Source of the DNA: Eukaryota sp. TZLM1-RC
Lineage: Eukaryota; Protista; Metamonada: BaSk clade
Length of the DNA stretch: 64,000 nucleotides
Direction: 5' to 3'
Assembly (NCBI GenBank): GCA_040285825.1
Contig: JAUPSS010000007.1
Coordinates: 1,401,996-1,465,995, forward strand
A program made the translations under genes and the position numbers. This document shows, in pieces, positions 11,865-24,351 of the stretch. Below the pieces are notes generated by a model. The model was not told the origin of the DNA. It ran no database searches and saw only the letters and a list, made by a program, of their open reading frames with translations. The stretch's first letter is position 1, and every line of letters starts with the position of its first letter.

Positions 11865-12890
11865 TTTTGGTGGATGCAGAAAGGCAATATTTGAACTTTC
11901 TGAAAGATTTTCTTATTGGGAAGATTTATTGATGACAACGCAAAGTTCCTGTTTTTGCATTAAAAGTAGAAACTCAAAATTTGATGTAGAACAATGCAGT
12001 TAATACATTCCCCAATATATGAATGCAACATTGGTAGCAATAGAGAAAATTTTTTCATCTATGAACCACCTTGGCATTTACTTCCACCCTTGTAGTTCTC
12101 CCCACACATCGAAAAGACCCATGTCTAATCTTTTTCACTGGAATAGATACGCAGAATTCTACACGTAAAGGAAGCTCCTGCAATGCATCGCGATTGGCTT
12201 TTTGACACGAATGCCAATGTCTCTCTTTTTCTTAGTTAAAATAGCTCTCTATGGTGTCTTCTGGCATTGGGAGAGATTTGTACTACTTATCGAACGAAGG
12301 CGTAACAGTCTTAGCGATTTTGAACTAGAAAAAATAGCTTTCAATAAAAGTTGATTTTACTTGGGAACAGAACTTCCGACACTTTTATTATAACTGACAA
12401 TTGACAATTATTGATTGGTACGAATTTTGGTTGATCAATTAATTGCCAATTTAATTGAACACATCCCTGGTTAAAACACAACAAAATACTGAATAAATCG
12501 ATTTTTATTATCGCCAGGGCCTGATAATTTGCAACTGTTGAATTGAACTATATGACAAATTTTGCAATTGCTTCACAGCTGTTTCTTGTCTATACATATG
12601 TCTGACCCTAGCCCACAGGCATCACAAGGCTAGATACTTTGCAACTGTCGAATTGAACTATATGAAGAAAAGTCAGCAATTGCTTCACAGCTGTTTCTTG
12701 AATCTTGTGGAATCATACTCAGTATATACCATAAGTCAACTCAACCAAATACCAAAAACTACAATCAATCTGGAGTCTGTTGATTTCTACAACTGCATAT
12801 TATGAATCAACTGCACTATCTACAGCTTCAGAAAAAGACTTAGTTTTGATTTGAACACAAGCTTTAGAAAGGGTGTTGCCATTGAGATAA
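11865..12890 (+). repeat. Mosaic segment duplicated at 40900-41830 (CRE-C fragment plus unknown sequence)
   Basis: Shared blocks ggtggatgcagaaa, tttcatctatgaaccacctt, ctatacatatgtctgaccctagcccacaggcatcacaaggctag and tgttgccattgagataa occur in the same order. Confidence 0.85.
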
Positions 12891-14319
12891 TAACATTTTA
12901 TGTACTGTGTATGGTTTGTTCTTGTTGTTTTCATGTTCCAAAGTCCACGGTGAAGTTATTTTTGGCTCCACTGAATCAAATAATTTCAGTTGTTATCAAA
13001 ATAGCTTAATTTGTTGTAGAGTTTTCGCTGTAATTGTTGTTACTCTTGATCATGGTTTGGCCTTGCATCAGAGTGGGTCTTGTTTTTTCTTTATGGGTAT
13101 CTTGTTTTGGACTTAATAATGTTCACCTCTATCGCATTATGTACAAAATTCCAACGTTTTGATAAGCATTTGGAATAGGTTGCTATAGGAATTATTTTGT
13201 TCGGGGCAGTGTTTAGCAACTGGAGTTATGTATATTATTCAGAAATTTCGGTTGCGATGATTATTCAACTCGTGCCATTTGTTTACTCTTCTGTTTCTTC
13301 AGCTTTTATTGGATATGCGCTATTTCAAGTGGACAAAGACTCTGTACGTACTAAGTTTATCATAATTTATTCCCTTATCTGTACAATTGTAATCCTTCCA
13401 ATTTTTTGGACCATGAATTCCTCTTTTGTGCCTCTTACGATCCCTCTTTTCATTTTCCAAATAGAATAGACTGGGTACAATTCAATATCTTAAATTAGTG
13501 GATTTATTTTTATTGTTTTGTTTTGTAAATCATTATTACTTATTTCTTGCTCATCTTTTAGACAGCAGTGTGTCATTACAATACAATGGGCTGTTTTGGT
13601 GTTGTTTGGGGTAAGAAAGGAACCAATGCATGAGAAGTTTGTTGTTGTTGTCTTATTGTAGGTGTTTCCACTTTTGAGGCATGATTTGAATAAATTGCAG
13701 CACCGGTGCTTTGGCTGTGAAATGGGTTTTTCACATAATCGTCTGACAAACTTTAATGCTTATCCAAACTATGTGGTTAGACCCATTAAATAATTGAAAT
13801 GTGTGATTTGAAGGAATCAATGTCAAGTGTTGTGGTAGAGGATTATCTTTGAGATTAAGTTTGGCTGGACCACTTGCTGATTTTTCACCCATTTGACTAA
13901 TGTTGATATATCCCCTGAAATCAACTAGCTTCATGCCTGGGTATTGACAATTGCACCGAAAAAGCGTTTTTACATGTGTTTCCCTAATAATGATGATAAG
14001 AATCAATATTTTCTCTACCATCGTTGTTATGATTGATGGAAAAAACCTGTATCGTGCTTCAAAATGTGTAGAATATTTAAGCTGTTGTTTAAGTTGGAGT
14101 CGATTAAAGTGTTCGTCTCTTGACAAATTTAGAGTATATTCATCATAGCCGCTTTAAATACATCACAGACAATCCTCCACATTGATTTTGGATTATCGTG
14201 AAAAGTCTTTACTGCCGTATGATTAGATGTTATCAACGAAAAATCAAATGATATCAAATGGTTTTAACATGATTGGATTCCAAAGTCCTAAAGAAAGAAA
14301 AAAATTTTGAACTATTTTT

Positions 14320-16365
14320 ATTTAATCCAATAAGAAACAAACTATAAGACAAGGTTAGAATTCTTTGTCTTCATAATACAAATAAAGCCAAGAAGAATTG
14401 ATTGGAGGTGTTTCCTTCACAAACAGGTCCAAGATATAACAAAGCTGCACATAATAAGGGAACAACTGCTTTGAATATTGAAAATATAATTCTGTTTTGC
14501 CATAAACTCTTGTCAAAAGTTCTTCCAGTACGTTGTTTCACAATTGAAACAAAATCATTCAGAAAAGAAAAAGGAAGAGGTCCAAGTGTGCCAAGAAGAG
14601 AAACTGCAGATGGACAGAGGACATAATGATTATGCGATTCTCCATTCAATAATAACAATTTTGCTTTGTATTTGTCAATTTTGAGTTTATCGGAAACAGT
14701 TAAGGGGTCCCTATATTTTGATTGAGCCGTTGGAATGAAAGAATTATTACATACATCAGTGGATCACACATCTGTAATAATGGTAGTTCACGACCTTCAA
14801 GCATTAAATCACCTCTATTTCGACCAAAATAATTCCAAGTATCTTCATCAACCAAACGGGAAAGTAATGGTTCTAAATAGGAAACAATTCTATGTGATTT
14901 TGACATACAGTAGAGTTGATCTCTTACCGCATCCTGAACTTTTGATCGGAAACTAATAAATATTGGAAAGTAATAAAATGTTTAAAATTGAATAAATGAT
15001 TTGGAGAAATTTTTGATCCAAATTTGCAAATCAAATTATGAGGCACGTTATCAGGCTAAATAAAATAACGAAGGCGCATTTTACAAGAATATTCGGTATC
15101 ATTCAAAAGAAGACCATAAATTTGAGGAATTTGAGTAATCAAACACAAACAGGAACTGTTTTGGGCATTTTAACAAAAAATTTGCGAAACCAAGATTATC
15201 TATTTTGGGCGAGCCAAGACGAACATTAGATAACAAGCCTTTAAAAATAATTGTTAACTTTTGTTGCAATATTGAACACAAGAACTCAAATTAACTAGTG
15301 TTCTAGATAATATTCTCTGTACATTTTTGGGAAAAAATTTACTCCAAATTTCGGAGGCAAACAATCAAGAACATTTTGTAAGTCTCTGAGAAAATTATTG
15401 CTTGTAAAATTCAATAAACTCGGGAAACGGTTGCAAAATTCAAAAACAATATCTTGCCCACCACCAAGAAAAGCAGCCTGAAAGAGAATAGACGATTTAG
15501 TGAAATTGATTCCACCAAAATTAGATGCTGAAAATACATGACTTCGAATTAGTTCAGCATTAACATCAATCAAAGATGCAAAAAAATTTGTTCTCAAATA
15601 GTGAAATGAACGGCAAAATTCACGTGGAATAACAGGAGATGTTGTTCTTAAAATGTGAGTAATTTTACCGGAATAGCAAATTTTTAAGATAAAAAACTTA
15701 ATATGTTTCTCAATTTCAAATGTCGAAATTGTGTCAAGACTAGAACCCAGTTTCATTAAAAAATTATTCAATTCTTCAGTAATCTTTGGAATCTTTCCAA
15801 GCCAGCATCTTAGAAAACGAAAATCATTTGAGTAACAGTTAAGAAAACCATTTTCCACACCATCAATGGTTAGTCTATCTTTCACATTTCTAATGAGAAG
15901 ACATTCAGCACAAGACCAATATCTCTGCAAAACAGCGAGGCTTCAGAAGCAATATAATTTAAAAAAATTCAAAGGACCAATAATTGAGATATCATCCATG
16001 TATCCTATTATCTTCACCATCGGACAAAGATTACTGAAATGAATCAAAAAATTGAATTGAATTGCTTAACAAAAGAGTAATGTCACAATAGAATCACTTT
16101 GCTCAACTTCAGAAGACACAAATAGCGTATGCAATTCATAAATTACTTCACTAGCTTTACCATAGAATAAATAGAAAAGCTTGGAAATTCTGAAAATTCT
16201 TTTCGATAAACATCATATTCTCTACTTCGATGTACAGAATTGACAGCATTCTTAAATCTTAATTGAAAATATAATTCTCATTATTAGAAATCAACAATAT
16301 CAGCAGTCACTGCGACAATTCATAGTCCATAAATAGCTTTAATTCCCATTTGAAACAGGCTAGCA
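14320..16365 (-). mobile_element. CRE-clade non-LTR retrotransposon family B, degenerate
   Basis: Broken frames contain IIGYMDDISIIGP, FRFLRCWLG, KICYSGKITHILR, FGGINF, LEPLL, NRGDL and LWQNRIIFSIFK. Confidence 0.88.
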
Positions 16366-16369
16366 ATTA

Positions 16370-16720
16370 TGGTAATTTCATCATTATTTCCTAAAAACGA
16401 ACCCAAATGAATGATATAATTTGGCTTGAATTTCAATTCCATCAACTACTGTAGAAACTGCAAAATTCGATAACAAAACACACTTAAGTAAATTAAGTCA
16501 TAGACCAATTCTTTAAAACTGACAGTTGTTGTTTAACTATATTAAAATCACCTATAAAATCAAGATCCATATAGGCGATCTATTCTAGCAAAGAAAACAT
16601 CTCTTGAATTTGTTATAAAACAGGATAAGGGCCCAAACAAATCTAAGGTGCTCCTGAAAGATCCCCTTGCTTTACACCAGTTGATGAGGTCAAAATGGAA
16701 TCACCAAAATATAAATTAGA
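16370..16720 (-). mobile_element. CRE-C RT fragment spanning the region where Gypsy-1 is inserted in the other copy
   Basis: Joins sequence matching 54573-54612 to sequence matching ~61863-62200, with a short deletion at the join. Encodes SSTGVKQGD. Confidence 0.8.
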
Positions 16721-17040
16721 ATTTGCCCAAAATCAAGGTCAACAGAAACCGAAATGTCCAATCATCAGGTATCACCCTCATTGATCAACCACCTCGCAGT
16801 CAGACCCGGAAAGTGGGAAAGGAAATACTACTCAAATGATGCACTTTCGGGTCCAATTTTGTGGAAGGGCCGCAGATAGGATTCGATCCCTGTTGCAGAG
16901 AACGAAGAGACTCATTGGAATACGATGTTGGCGGATGTTGTTGTTATTTTTTCTAGTTTGTGTTGAGTTTTTGGTGTTTGTTGGTGTGAGACAATTTCAT
17001 TGTTGGTTTTGTGTTGAAACAAGTGATTGAAATGTGTGTA

Positions 17041-20000
17041 TTAAAGAAAAATTGTGAGAGAAGGACGATTAGATGCTATTTGGCGAAGTTTGGATTTGGT
17101 TGAATTGCTGATGTTGTTGCCATAAAGATCCAATGTAGTCAGAGTAAAATTGCTCTCCAGAGCACGGGCGAGAGCACTAGCGCCTTCATCGGCAATGTTG
17201 TTGCCCCAAAGATTCAATTGAGCTAGACTAAAATTGCTCTCCAGAGCACGAGCGAGAGCACTAGCACCCTCATTGGCAATATTGTTTGCACGAACAACAT
17301 TAATTCCCAGATCCAATTCAGTCAGAGTAAAATTGCTCTCCAGAGCACGGGCGAGAGCACTAGCGCCTTCATCGGCAATGTTGTTGCCCCAAAGATTCAA
17401 TTGAGTTAGACTAAAATTGCTCTCCAGAGCACGGGCTAGAGCACTAGCGCCTTCATCGGTAATATTGTTTTCAGCAAGATCCAATGTAGTCAGAGTGGAA
17501 TTGCTCTCCAGAGCACGAGCGAGAGCACTAGCGCCATCATTGGCAATGTTGTTCGATTGAAGATCCAATGTAGTCAGAGTGGAATTCCTCTCAAGAGCAC
17601 GGGCGAGAGCACTAGCGCCTTCATTGGCAATGTTGTTCGATTGAAGATCCAATGTAGTCAGAGTGGAATTGCTCTCTAGAGCACGAGCGAGAGCACTAGC
17701 GCCATCATTGGCAATGTTGTTCGATTGAAGATCCAATGTAGTCAGAGTGGAATTCCTCTCAAGAGCACGGGCGAGAGCACTAGCGCCATCATTGGCAATG
17801 TTGTTCGATTGAAGATCCAATGTAGTCAGAGTGGAATTGCTCCCCAGAGCACGGGCGAGAGCATTAGCACCATCATTGGCAATGTTGTTCGATTGAAGAT
17901 CCAATGTAGTCAGAGTGGAATTGCTCTCCAGAGCACGGGCGAGAGCACTAGCGCCATCATTGGCAATGTTGTTCGATTGAAGATCCAATGTAGTCAGAGT
18001 GGAATTGCTCTCCAGAGCACGGGCGAGAGCACTAGCGCCATCATTGGCAATGTTGTTCGATTGAAGATCCAATGTAGTCAGAGTGGAATTCCTCTCCAGA
18101 GCACGGGCGAGTGCACTAGCGCCATCATTGGCAATGTTGTTCGATTGAAGATCCAATGTAGTCAGAGTGGAATTGCTCCCCAGAGCACGGGCAAGAGCAC
18201 TAGCGCCATCATTGGCAATGTTGTTCGATTGAAGATCCAATGTAGTCAGAGTGGAATTCCTCTCCAGAGCACGGGCGAGAGCATTAGCACCATCATTGGC
18301 AATGTTGTTCGATTGAAGATCCAATGTAGTCAGAGTGGAATTCCTCTCCAGAGCACGGGCGAGAGCAAAAATGCTACAATAGGAATATTTAAAACACCAA
18401 GGAAAACAAGATAATTCGACTAAATATTCGTTTTTGATTAGTTTAGTTGATTGAATTAGACCTTGATTATCAAGTTTTGTTGGAGATAGGGATGAACTCG
18501 ACAGATTGCGCAGAGGTCCAAGCAATTGAATAAACTTCAAAGAGGGAAAGTTTTGTTCAGTGATATTGGTATGAATTGCTTCATGAATTATCAATTCCTT
18601 AATGCTTGGTATTTCAATTTCAATATTGACAGGATCTCTCAACCAAACTTCCAATCTAGCAATGGAAAGAGGCAGTGGAATCTGTGCTTTTAAAACTCTT
18701 TCTGAAATAAAAGGACCACCAAATAACACCAGCTCTTTCAATGCTGTAAGATAGCTTAAATCAGTAACCTCAAAGTCATCTTTAAGCACCAACTTCACTA
18801 GTGAAGGGGGTAATTGTTCTATAATGAATGAACAATTAAGCTCCAGAAACTTGAGATTTGATAAATGTGTCAAGTTTAAGGATAGCCTTCTATTATGTCT
18901 TGACTTTGCACCAAGCTTAACAACCTCAACAGCTGGGAAAAATGACAAGAACTGTGGATCAAATTCATCTGTATCATAGTAAATATCAAGTGTTTTAAGT
19001 CTAGTATTAGTAACACTGTAATCATTGAAAGCAAATGATAATTGCAATTGTAAATCCCAAACATAATCATTGAGATTTAAATGTTGTGGATTTTTCAAAA
19101 AATCAAAACCATTAATCACTTCTTTAGAAAATTTAGCCACTTTCTTGCTTATTGAACATTTGGTATAGTATCTGGCTTTTGTATAAGGATGATTACCAAA
19201 CAATTTTTTCAAATATTGTAAATATTCAAAGTAAATTAATTTGATTAGACCACTAAACATGCTGTCCAAAGGTTGATTTGGATGATGAAAAGTTCCAAGT
19301 ATTTCAGAGCCAAATACTTTGACAGGTTGAAGTCGATCAATCAAATCACCTGTACCTAATTGACCTTTATCGTTCCTTCCCCAGGCCCAAACAGTGTTTT
19401 TGTTGTAGGCAAAAAGGAAGTCATGTCCTAAGGAAACACATTCTATATTGGTGAAAACTTCTATGCATATTGGTGATTCAATATCTACAGAAATATTTTT
19501 AAATCTGCTCAACCTACCCCAAACAAAAACTTTACCATTAGAGTCAATGGCAGCATAAATATCATCATTGCCATTAATAGAGACAATATTACTCAATCCT
19601 AAAACTTTTCTGGGTTTGTTATCGAAAGAATCATCATCTTCCTTGTCAAACCTCCAAACATCACCATTAGAGTCAATGACCAACAAAAAATTGTAATCAA
19701 ACAAAAAAGAACTCAATGATAGTTTGGTTGGCAAAATGTACTTGCCAACTGGAATCTCGACAAATGAAATATACTGAGTACAATCAGAACCATCATTTGT
19801 AAGAAAGAAGAAGTGGGCATCTGAGTCAACTGCTACGATTGAGTCCAGATAGGCAGAAATAAAAACAATTTTATGCATGTTGATCCCTTGCATTGGCTTA
19901 AAAGTACCATTACCAAATTGAATCAATTTTCCTTCTACAGTCAATCCAAATGATTTTGAGCTATTTTTGCTACTGCAAATTTCCTTGAAAAAATAAGGGC

Positions 20001-20730
20001 TGTTGATAAGAGTAATTTCTGATAATAAATTGACTGCATGATTACTCCAACAATACAACAAGTCATCAGAAGAAAGGGCAAAGCAATGGTCCAAGTCAGC
20101 AGAAATAGAAATTATATTGTTGATTGGAAGTTTGACTGGTTGTTTGACTATTGTGGGTCTATCAGGAAGAACTTGATCATCACCACACATCCCCCAAGCA
20201 TAAACTTCAGCAGAATAGGTGAGAAGCACTGAGCCAAAATCACTACATGAAATGGACTTAACCCCAACATGTCTATCCGATCGATCGGGGAAGTGTACTA
20301 GCTGTGGGTCACATGCAGAGGGGTGATTTAATGTGGGATCTGAGGAGGGATGTTGTAGAGGACATCCATTATGTGCATTTGAGTCGGGTTTTTGGTCGGG
20401 TTGCGGATCGGAAAAATGGGGAGCAGAGGTGGAATGCGGAGAACTACAGGGTAAGTCTGAAGGTAGACAGTGATCAACAGAGCAATGAGAGGGAGATCGT
20501 AATTCTTCATCAATAGTGGAGGAGAGTATCGTGGTAGTTGGGATCGATTGATGGGAAACATCGGAAGCAGCTTGTGAGAAGCAATTGTGGCGTCCCACTG
20601 GTTGAAATGCAACCAGGGCTTCAAGCTCGTGATTGAGAGGAGGGTCAGGACAACCTCGATTATTACTCTCCTTTCCATAACAAGAAATAATAGCGCCATC
20701 ACCAGGCAAGCTATCTTGGTTTTGACGCAT
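17041..20730 (-). CDS. RCC1/BLIP-II propeller + LRR + 15 ribonuclease-inhibitor-type (NLRC3-like) LRRs; start may be ATG 20730 or an upstream ATG near 20780
   Basis: RCC1 motifs VYAWG, IDSNGKVFVWG and VWAWGRNDKGQLGTGD. Degenerate LRRs (LPPSLVKLVL). 28-aa repeats ALARALESNSTLTTLDLQSNNIANDGAS. Uninterrupted ORF of >1,200 aa. Confidence 0.88.
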   Translation of the reverse strand: MRQNQDSLPGDGAIISCYGKESNNRGCPDPPLNHELEALVAFQPVGRHNCFSQAASDVSHQSIPTTTILSSTIDEELRSPSHCSVDHCLPSDLPCSSPHSTSAPHFSDPQPDQKPDSNAHNGCPLQHPSSDPTLNHPSACDPQLVHFPDRSDRHVGVKSISCSDFGSVLLTYSAEVYAWGMCGDDQVLPDRPTIVKQPVKLPINNIISISADLDHCFALSSDDLLYCWSNHAVNLLSEITLINSPYFFKEICSSKNSSKSFGLTVEGKLIQFGNGTFKPMQGINMHKIVFISAYLDSIVAVDSDAHFFFLTNDGSDCTQYISFVEIPVGKYILPTKLSLSSFLFDYNFLLVIDSNGDVWRFDKEDDDSFDNKPRKVLGLSNIVSINGNDDIYAAIDSNGKVFVWGRLSRFKNISVDIESPICIEVFTNIECVSLGHDFLFAYNKNTVWAWGRNDKGQLGTGDLIDRLQPVKVFGSEILGTFHHPNQPLDSMFSGLIKLIYFEYLQYLKKLFGNHPYTKARYYTKCSISKKVAKFSKEVINGFDFLKNPQHLNLNDYVWDLQLQLSFAFNDYSVTNTRLKTLDIYYDTDEFDPQFLSFFPAVEVVKLGAKSRHNRRLSLNLTHLSNLKFLELNCSFIIEQLPPSLVKLVLKDDFEVTDLSYLTALKELVLFGGPFISERVLKAQIPLPLSIARLEVWLRDPVNIEIEIPSIKELIIHEAIHTNITEQNFPSLKFIQLLGPLRNLSSSSLSPTKLDNQGLIQSTKLIKNEYLVELSCFPWCFKYSYCSIFALARALERNSTLTTLDLQSNNIANDGANALARALERNSTLTTLDLQSNNIANDGASALARALGSNSTLTTLDLQSNNIANDGASALARALERNSTLTTLDLQSNNIANDGASALARALESNSTLTTLDLQSNNIANDGASALARALESNSTLTTLDLQSNNIANDGANALARALGSNSTLTTLDLQSNNIANDGASALARALERNSTLTTLDLQSNNIANDGASALARALESNSTLTTLDLQSNNIANEGASALARALERNSTLTTLDLQSNNIANDGASALARALESNSTLTTLDLAENNITDEGASALARALESNFSLTQLNLWGNNIADEGASALARALESNFTLTELDLGINVVRANNIANEGASALARALESNFSLAQLNLWGNNIADEGASALARALESNFTLTTLDLYGNNISNSTKSKLRQIASNRPSLTIFL
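17100..18367 (-). repeat. Coding tandem array, 84-bp unit x15
   Basis: Near-identical 84-bp units each encode one 28-aa LRR; one unit has a 15-bp insertion. Confidence 0.95.
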
Positions 20731-21350
20731 TACAGAGAGATTGAGATGAAGATGAAATGTACGGAAAAAATTTGGCAGCATTTGTGTAAAATTGTGAAGC
20801 AAAATGCTGTTGATTGTTTTCTCCCTGTCATCTGGAGTAAATGTTTTCCAGACAATGTGCAGGAAATACCATCTAGAACACTAGTTAACTTTAGGTATTG
20901 TGTTGAAAAATTGCAACAAAAGTTAACAATAATGTTTGAAGGTTTGGATTTGAATGTTCGTCTTGGCTCGGCCAAAAAAGCTAATCCCACTTTCGGAAAT
21001 TTTTTGCCAGATGCCCAAAACAGTTCCTCTTCCTGTTTAATTACTCAGATTCCTCTAATTTATGGTGTTCTTTTAAATGATACCGATTTGATTTCTACAA
21101 TACGCCTTCATTGTTTTATTTGGCCCGATAACGCGCCCCATAATTTGATTTGTAAATGTGAATCAAAAATTTCTCCATATCATTTACTCAATTGTAAACA
21201 ATTTATTACTTTCCTATCAAAAGTTCATGATGCGGTAAGAGACCAACTCTATTGCATATCGAAATCACATAGAATTGTTTCCTACTTAGAACACTACTTA
21301 CTTTCCTGGTTGGTTGATGAAGATACTTTGAATTCGTTTGGTCGAAATAG

Positions 21351-24016
21351 TGTTGCCGTTGGGCAACACCGTTATGGTGTTGCCTAAAAATGGTGTTATA
21401 TCCTCGTCAGCGACTTTCATCTGTCAAAAAGCTTTTGGAAGGTCCAAAGTGGCGATGTAGTTGGCTTGACTTAGAAATTCCAAAACATCCGAAATTAATG
21501 GTAAGTTAGACTCAACTGGAATAGTAAGAGCGTTAACACCATTTTTACCGCTGAAATAGCCTGTCAACCTTGTTTACCGTAAATCTCGAATAAATTGCTC
21601 GTTAATGCCAAGTTGTCCAGACCTGTTAAGAAGGCGTTAGCTACGGTCGACATTGGGAGTGTAAATACCCCTCTTGAAAATTCGAGTTCTTCAATTCTGG
21701 CCGATGGGTCGGATATGTATGTGCACATCCTTAAGATGTCTCCAAAATTTTCCATATAAATCGCGTATTCTCTTTCTGTGTCGGCGGATGTACTTACCTT
21801 TTGCCAGTTGAATTTAGGTTTAAAAAGAGCTAATTTTGCGTCATGTAATGATGTGAACTGGCTTCTCCTACACAGTAGTAATAATATTTCGGCATCTGTA
21901 GGTTCCATGCTCACGAGTTGTTGTTGTTTCCAGAAAGATATAATTCTGGCATGGATGCAACCTGAGATTCCCTGGGGATTCACTGTTGATAAGACTGATC
22001 TAAAAAGATCATAAGAGTGAACAGGTATTCCTATCTTTTTATGAAGCTTTGATCTATTCTGTATTATTTTGGTGTTTCCATATTAATCAATTTGGACTGT
22101 AAATCGTCTATTTGTTGCTGAATGTGAGTTGAGTCTCCACTCTGTACTGAGATCAACTGAGCTAAACTGTTTATCATCTCCGTTATTTGTTCTTGTTGTT
22201 GAGGGGTGCTGGATTGTGGGATCTGTATTTGATCGACGTTTTGAGCTCCGTCTCTACCAGTTGTGTCCCAGAGGGCGAATTCCATGAGGAAATGTACTAT
22301 TTTCATCTGAGTTTCAGGGAATTCGAGTCTAGGGGGCTCGTGTATGGTTGCATGTTCTATGGCCTTAGTTCTGTAATGATAACCAACATGGGATTGTAAG
22401 TTTTGATTTAATATGAGGCGTGGATCGAGTGGGTTTTGACTGTGTTGTTGTTGAGATCCAGTTGCCTGTAGATCTTGTAAACTAAGACCTTGTCCCGTTG
22501 TGTGTGTGGTGTCAACCGAGTATTGTGGAACTCCTTCCATCGGTTGTTAAGAATCACCAGGTTGGATTGTGAGGACGTCTAACCCTATTGGTCCTGTGTT
22601 TGGTTGGGGTAAGGTGTCTACATGCAGCTCCTGAACTGATTTCGATCCATCTTGGAAATTTAGTTGAATTGAGGGCCGGAAAGGCCTGATGCTCTTGAAG
22701 GGTGTATTCTCTAAACCAATGATGGGGGTGAAGGTGAAAACCTTGTTCTGTAGCCATGAATCGCCTGTTTGGAGGTTCTTGTTATTAGGAGGAGACCTGT
22801 ATGTAGAAATGACTGCTGTCGTCATGTTTATATCATCACGTCTATAAGTGACCCCTAATTCTTCATATATGAGCCTGAAAGGTTGTGAGGCTGGTCTCAT
22901 TTCAACGTAATTTGGTCTATGTGAGACTGGGTAGTATTCATGAACCTCTTTAACTACCGTATAGTCCTCTCCGGGGGCACTAAGCTCTTCGTAAATTTTG
23001 TCTATACCAACTCTGAACCAGTCAGGTAGGAGGCGGACGTTCTCGGGGCTATCTAGTTTCCCAGAGAAGTCGGTACCAACTTCCATTACCTCTAACCACC
23101 GAATTCTGAATCCTTTGTTATCGAGGGTGGCGTTATTCCCCAAAAAATCGTCACGTTCTGTGCGAGGTTTTGCCATTATATTTTTGTATTCTGTGTCGAG
23201 AGGCGAGAGTCTCATTCTTCGCTCTGCGGGCCGTGTGCTCAACTCATGGCTTTCTTTGTCTAAAAGGCCAATTGCCTCCTTCAACACTGAGGGTTGTATG
23301 GGGATTTCCAGTGCTCCCGAAGTCGTCTCATTGAGGGTTTGTACGACGACAGTGTTTTCACACTGCGAATACATTGATTCGTCCAGGGACTCTATGAAGT
23401 CCGTTGGTTCCTTCTTTTCCATTTCTTCCTTACTCATAGTGAGTGCCAAGAGTAACTCTTGTATTTCTTGGGAGGGAGCTGGAGGTAGGTCGAAATTGAC
23501 CTTTGGTGTCGTCGCGAGGGCGTTATTCGCCGACGAGTGGACATATTGGGCGCCTTGCGCCGTAACTTTACCTCGCTGATTTAAATGGACGTTTTGCGCC
23601 GAAATTTGATTTTTGGTGGGGCTTAAACCCGAACCTGAAGCAGTGGAGGTGTCTAGCCTCGAATCTATTTGTTGGGGGGGAGTGGGGTGCATTACACCCG
23701 TACCCGTAACCTGAGGAGGAGTAAGGCCTTTTTCGCCCGAACTCGAATCCTTTTCTGGAGTTGCCATTGAACTCGAAGAAGATTTGTTGTTGAGAGGAGG
23801 GTTAGAAGGGTCTCCTCTGACAGATGTCTGACATACCCCAGACATCTTTTGGGTGTCTACAGCGCTGTTGCTGTTTGCTGTTAATGGTGCCTGATACGCA
23901 CAATAATTAATGTTGCCGTTGGGCATTATGCTAGCTGGATGTAAAGAGAGTTAAGATAAAGTTAATTTTATTAAATGTCATTCTATATAAAGGTACTCAC
24001 TAGTGAGATACCTACA
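21351..24016 (-). mobile_element. Internally deleted Ty3/Gypsy LTR retrotransposon (Gypsy-3)
   Basis: TSD ATAG at 21347-21350 and 24017-24020. Intact 5' LTR at 23911-24016. Gag pieces are homologous to Gypsy-1 (STYRS.PNN, HSYDLFRS, RRSQFTS). A short RT piece reads RLTGYFSGKNGVNA..YIATLDLPKAF. Only 15 bp of the 3' LTR remain. Confidence 0.9.
23911..24016 (-). repeat. Gypsy-3 5' LTR, 106 bp (TGTAG...CAACA)
   Basis: TG..CA ends, TATA-like TTATATAG, AATAAA, palindrome CTCACTAGTGAG. Contains the ORF ATG at 23926. Confidence 0.85.
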
Positions 24017-24351
24017 ATAGAGGTGAATTAGTGCTTGAAGGTCTTGAAGGTTCGATCCACTGATGTATGTAATGATTCTTTTATTCCAATGGCTCAATCA
24101 AAATATAGGGACCCCATAATTGTTTCCGAATAGACAAAAATTGACAAATACAACGCTAAATTGTTATCCTTGAATGCAGAATCGCATACTCATTATGTCC
24201 TCTGTCCATTTGCAGTTTCCCTTCTGGCATGCTTGGACCTCTCGCTTTGTCTTTTCTGAATGATTTTGTTGAAATTGTGAAACAACGTACTTCAAGAGTT
24301 TTTGATAAGAGTTTTTGGCAAAACTGAATTGTATTTTCAATTTTCAGCAGT

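Noticed and set aside
11231-14150. Short signal-peptide and multi-TM ORFs
   Set aside because: Fragmented by stops with no recognisable domain; probably decayed gene pieces.
16803-16855. GACCCGGAAAGTG/CACTTTCGGGTC hairpin as an ncRNA
   Set aside because: A single imperfect stem with no further structure or second copy.
17100-18367. CRISPR-like array
   Set aside because: The units are contiguous in-frame 84-bp coding repeats with no unique spacers, in a eukaryotic context.
17725-18414. 229-aa plus-strand ORF
   Set aside because: Antisense shadow of the LRR repeat array.
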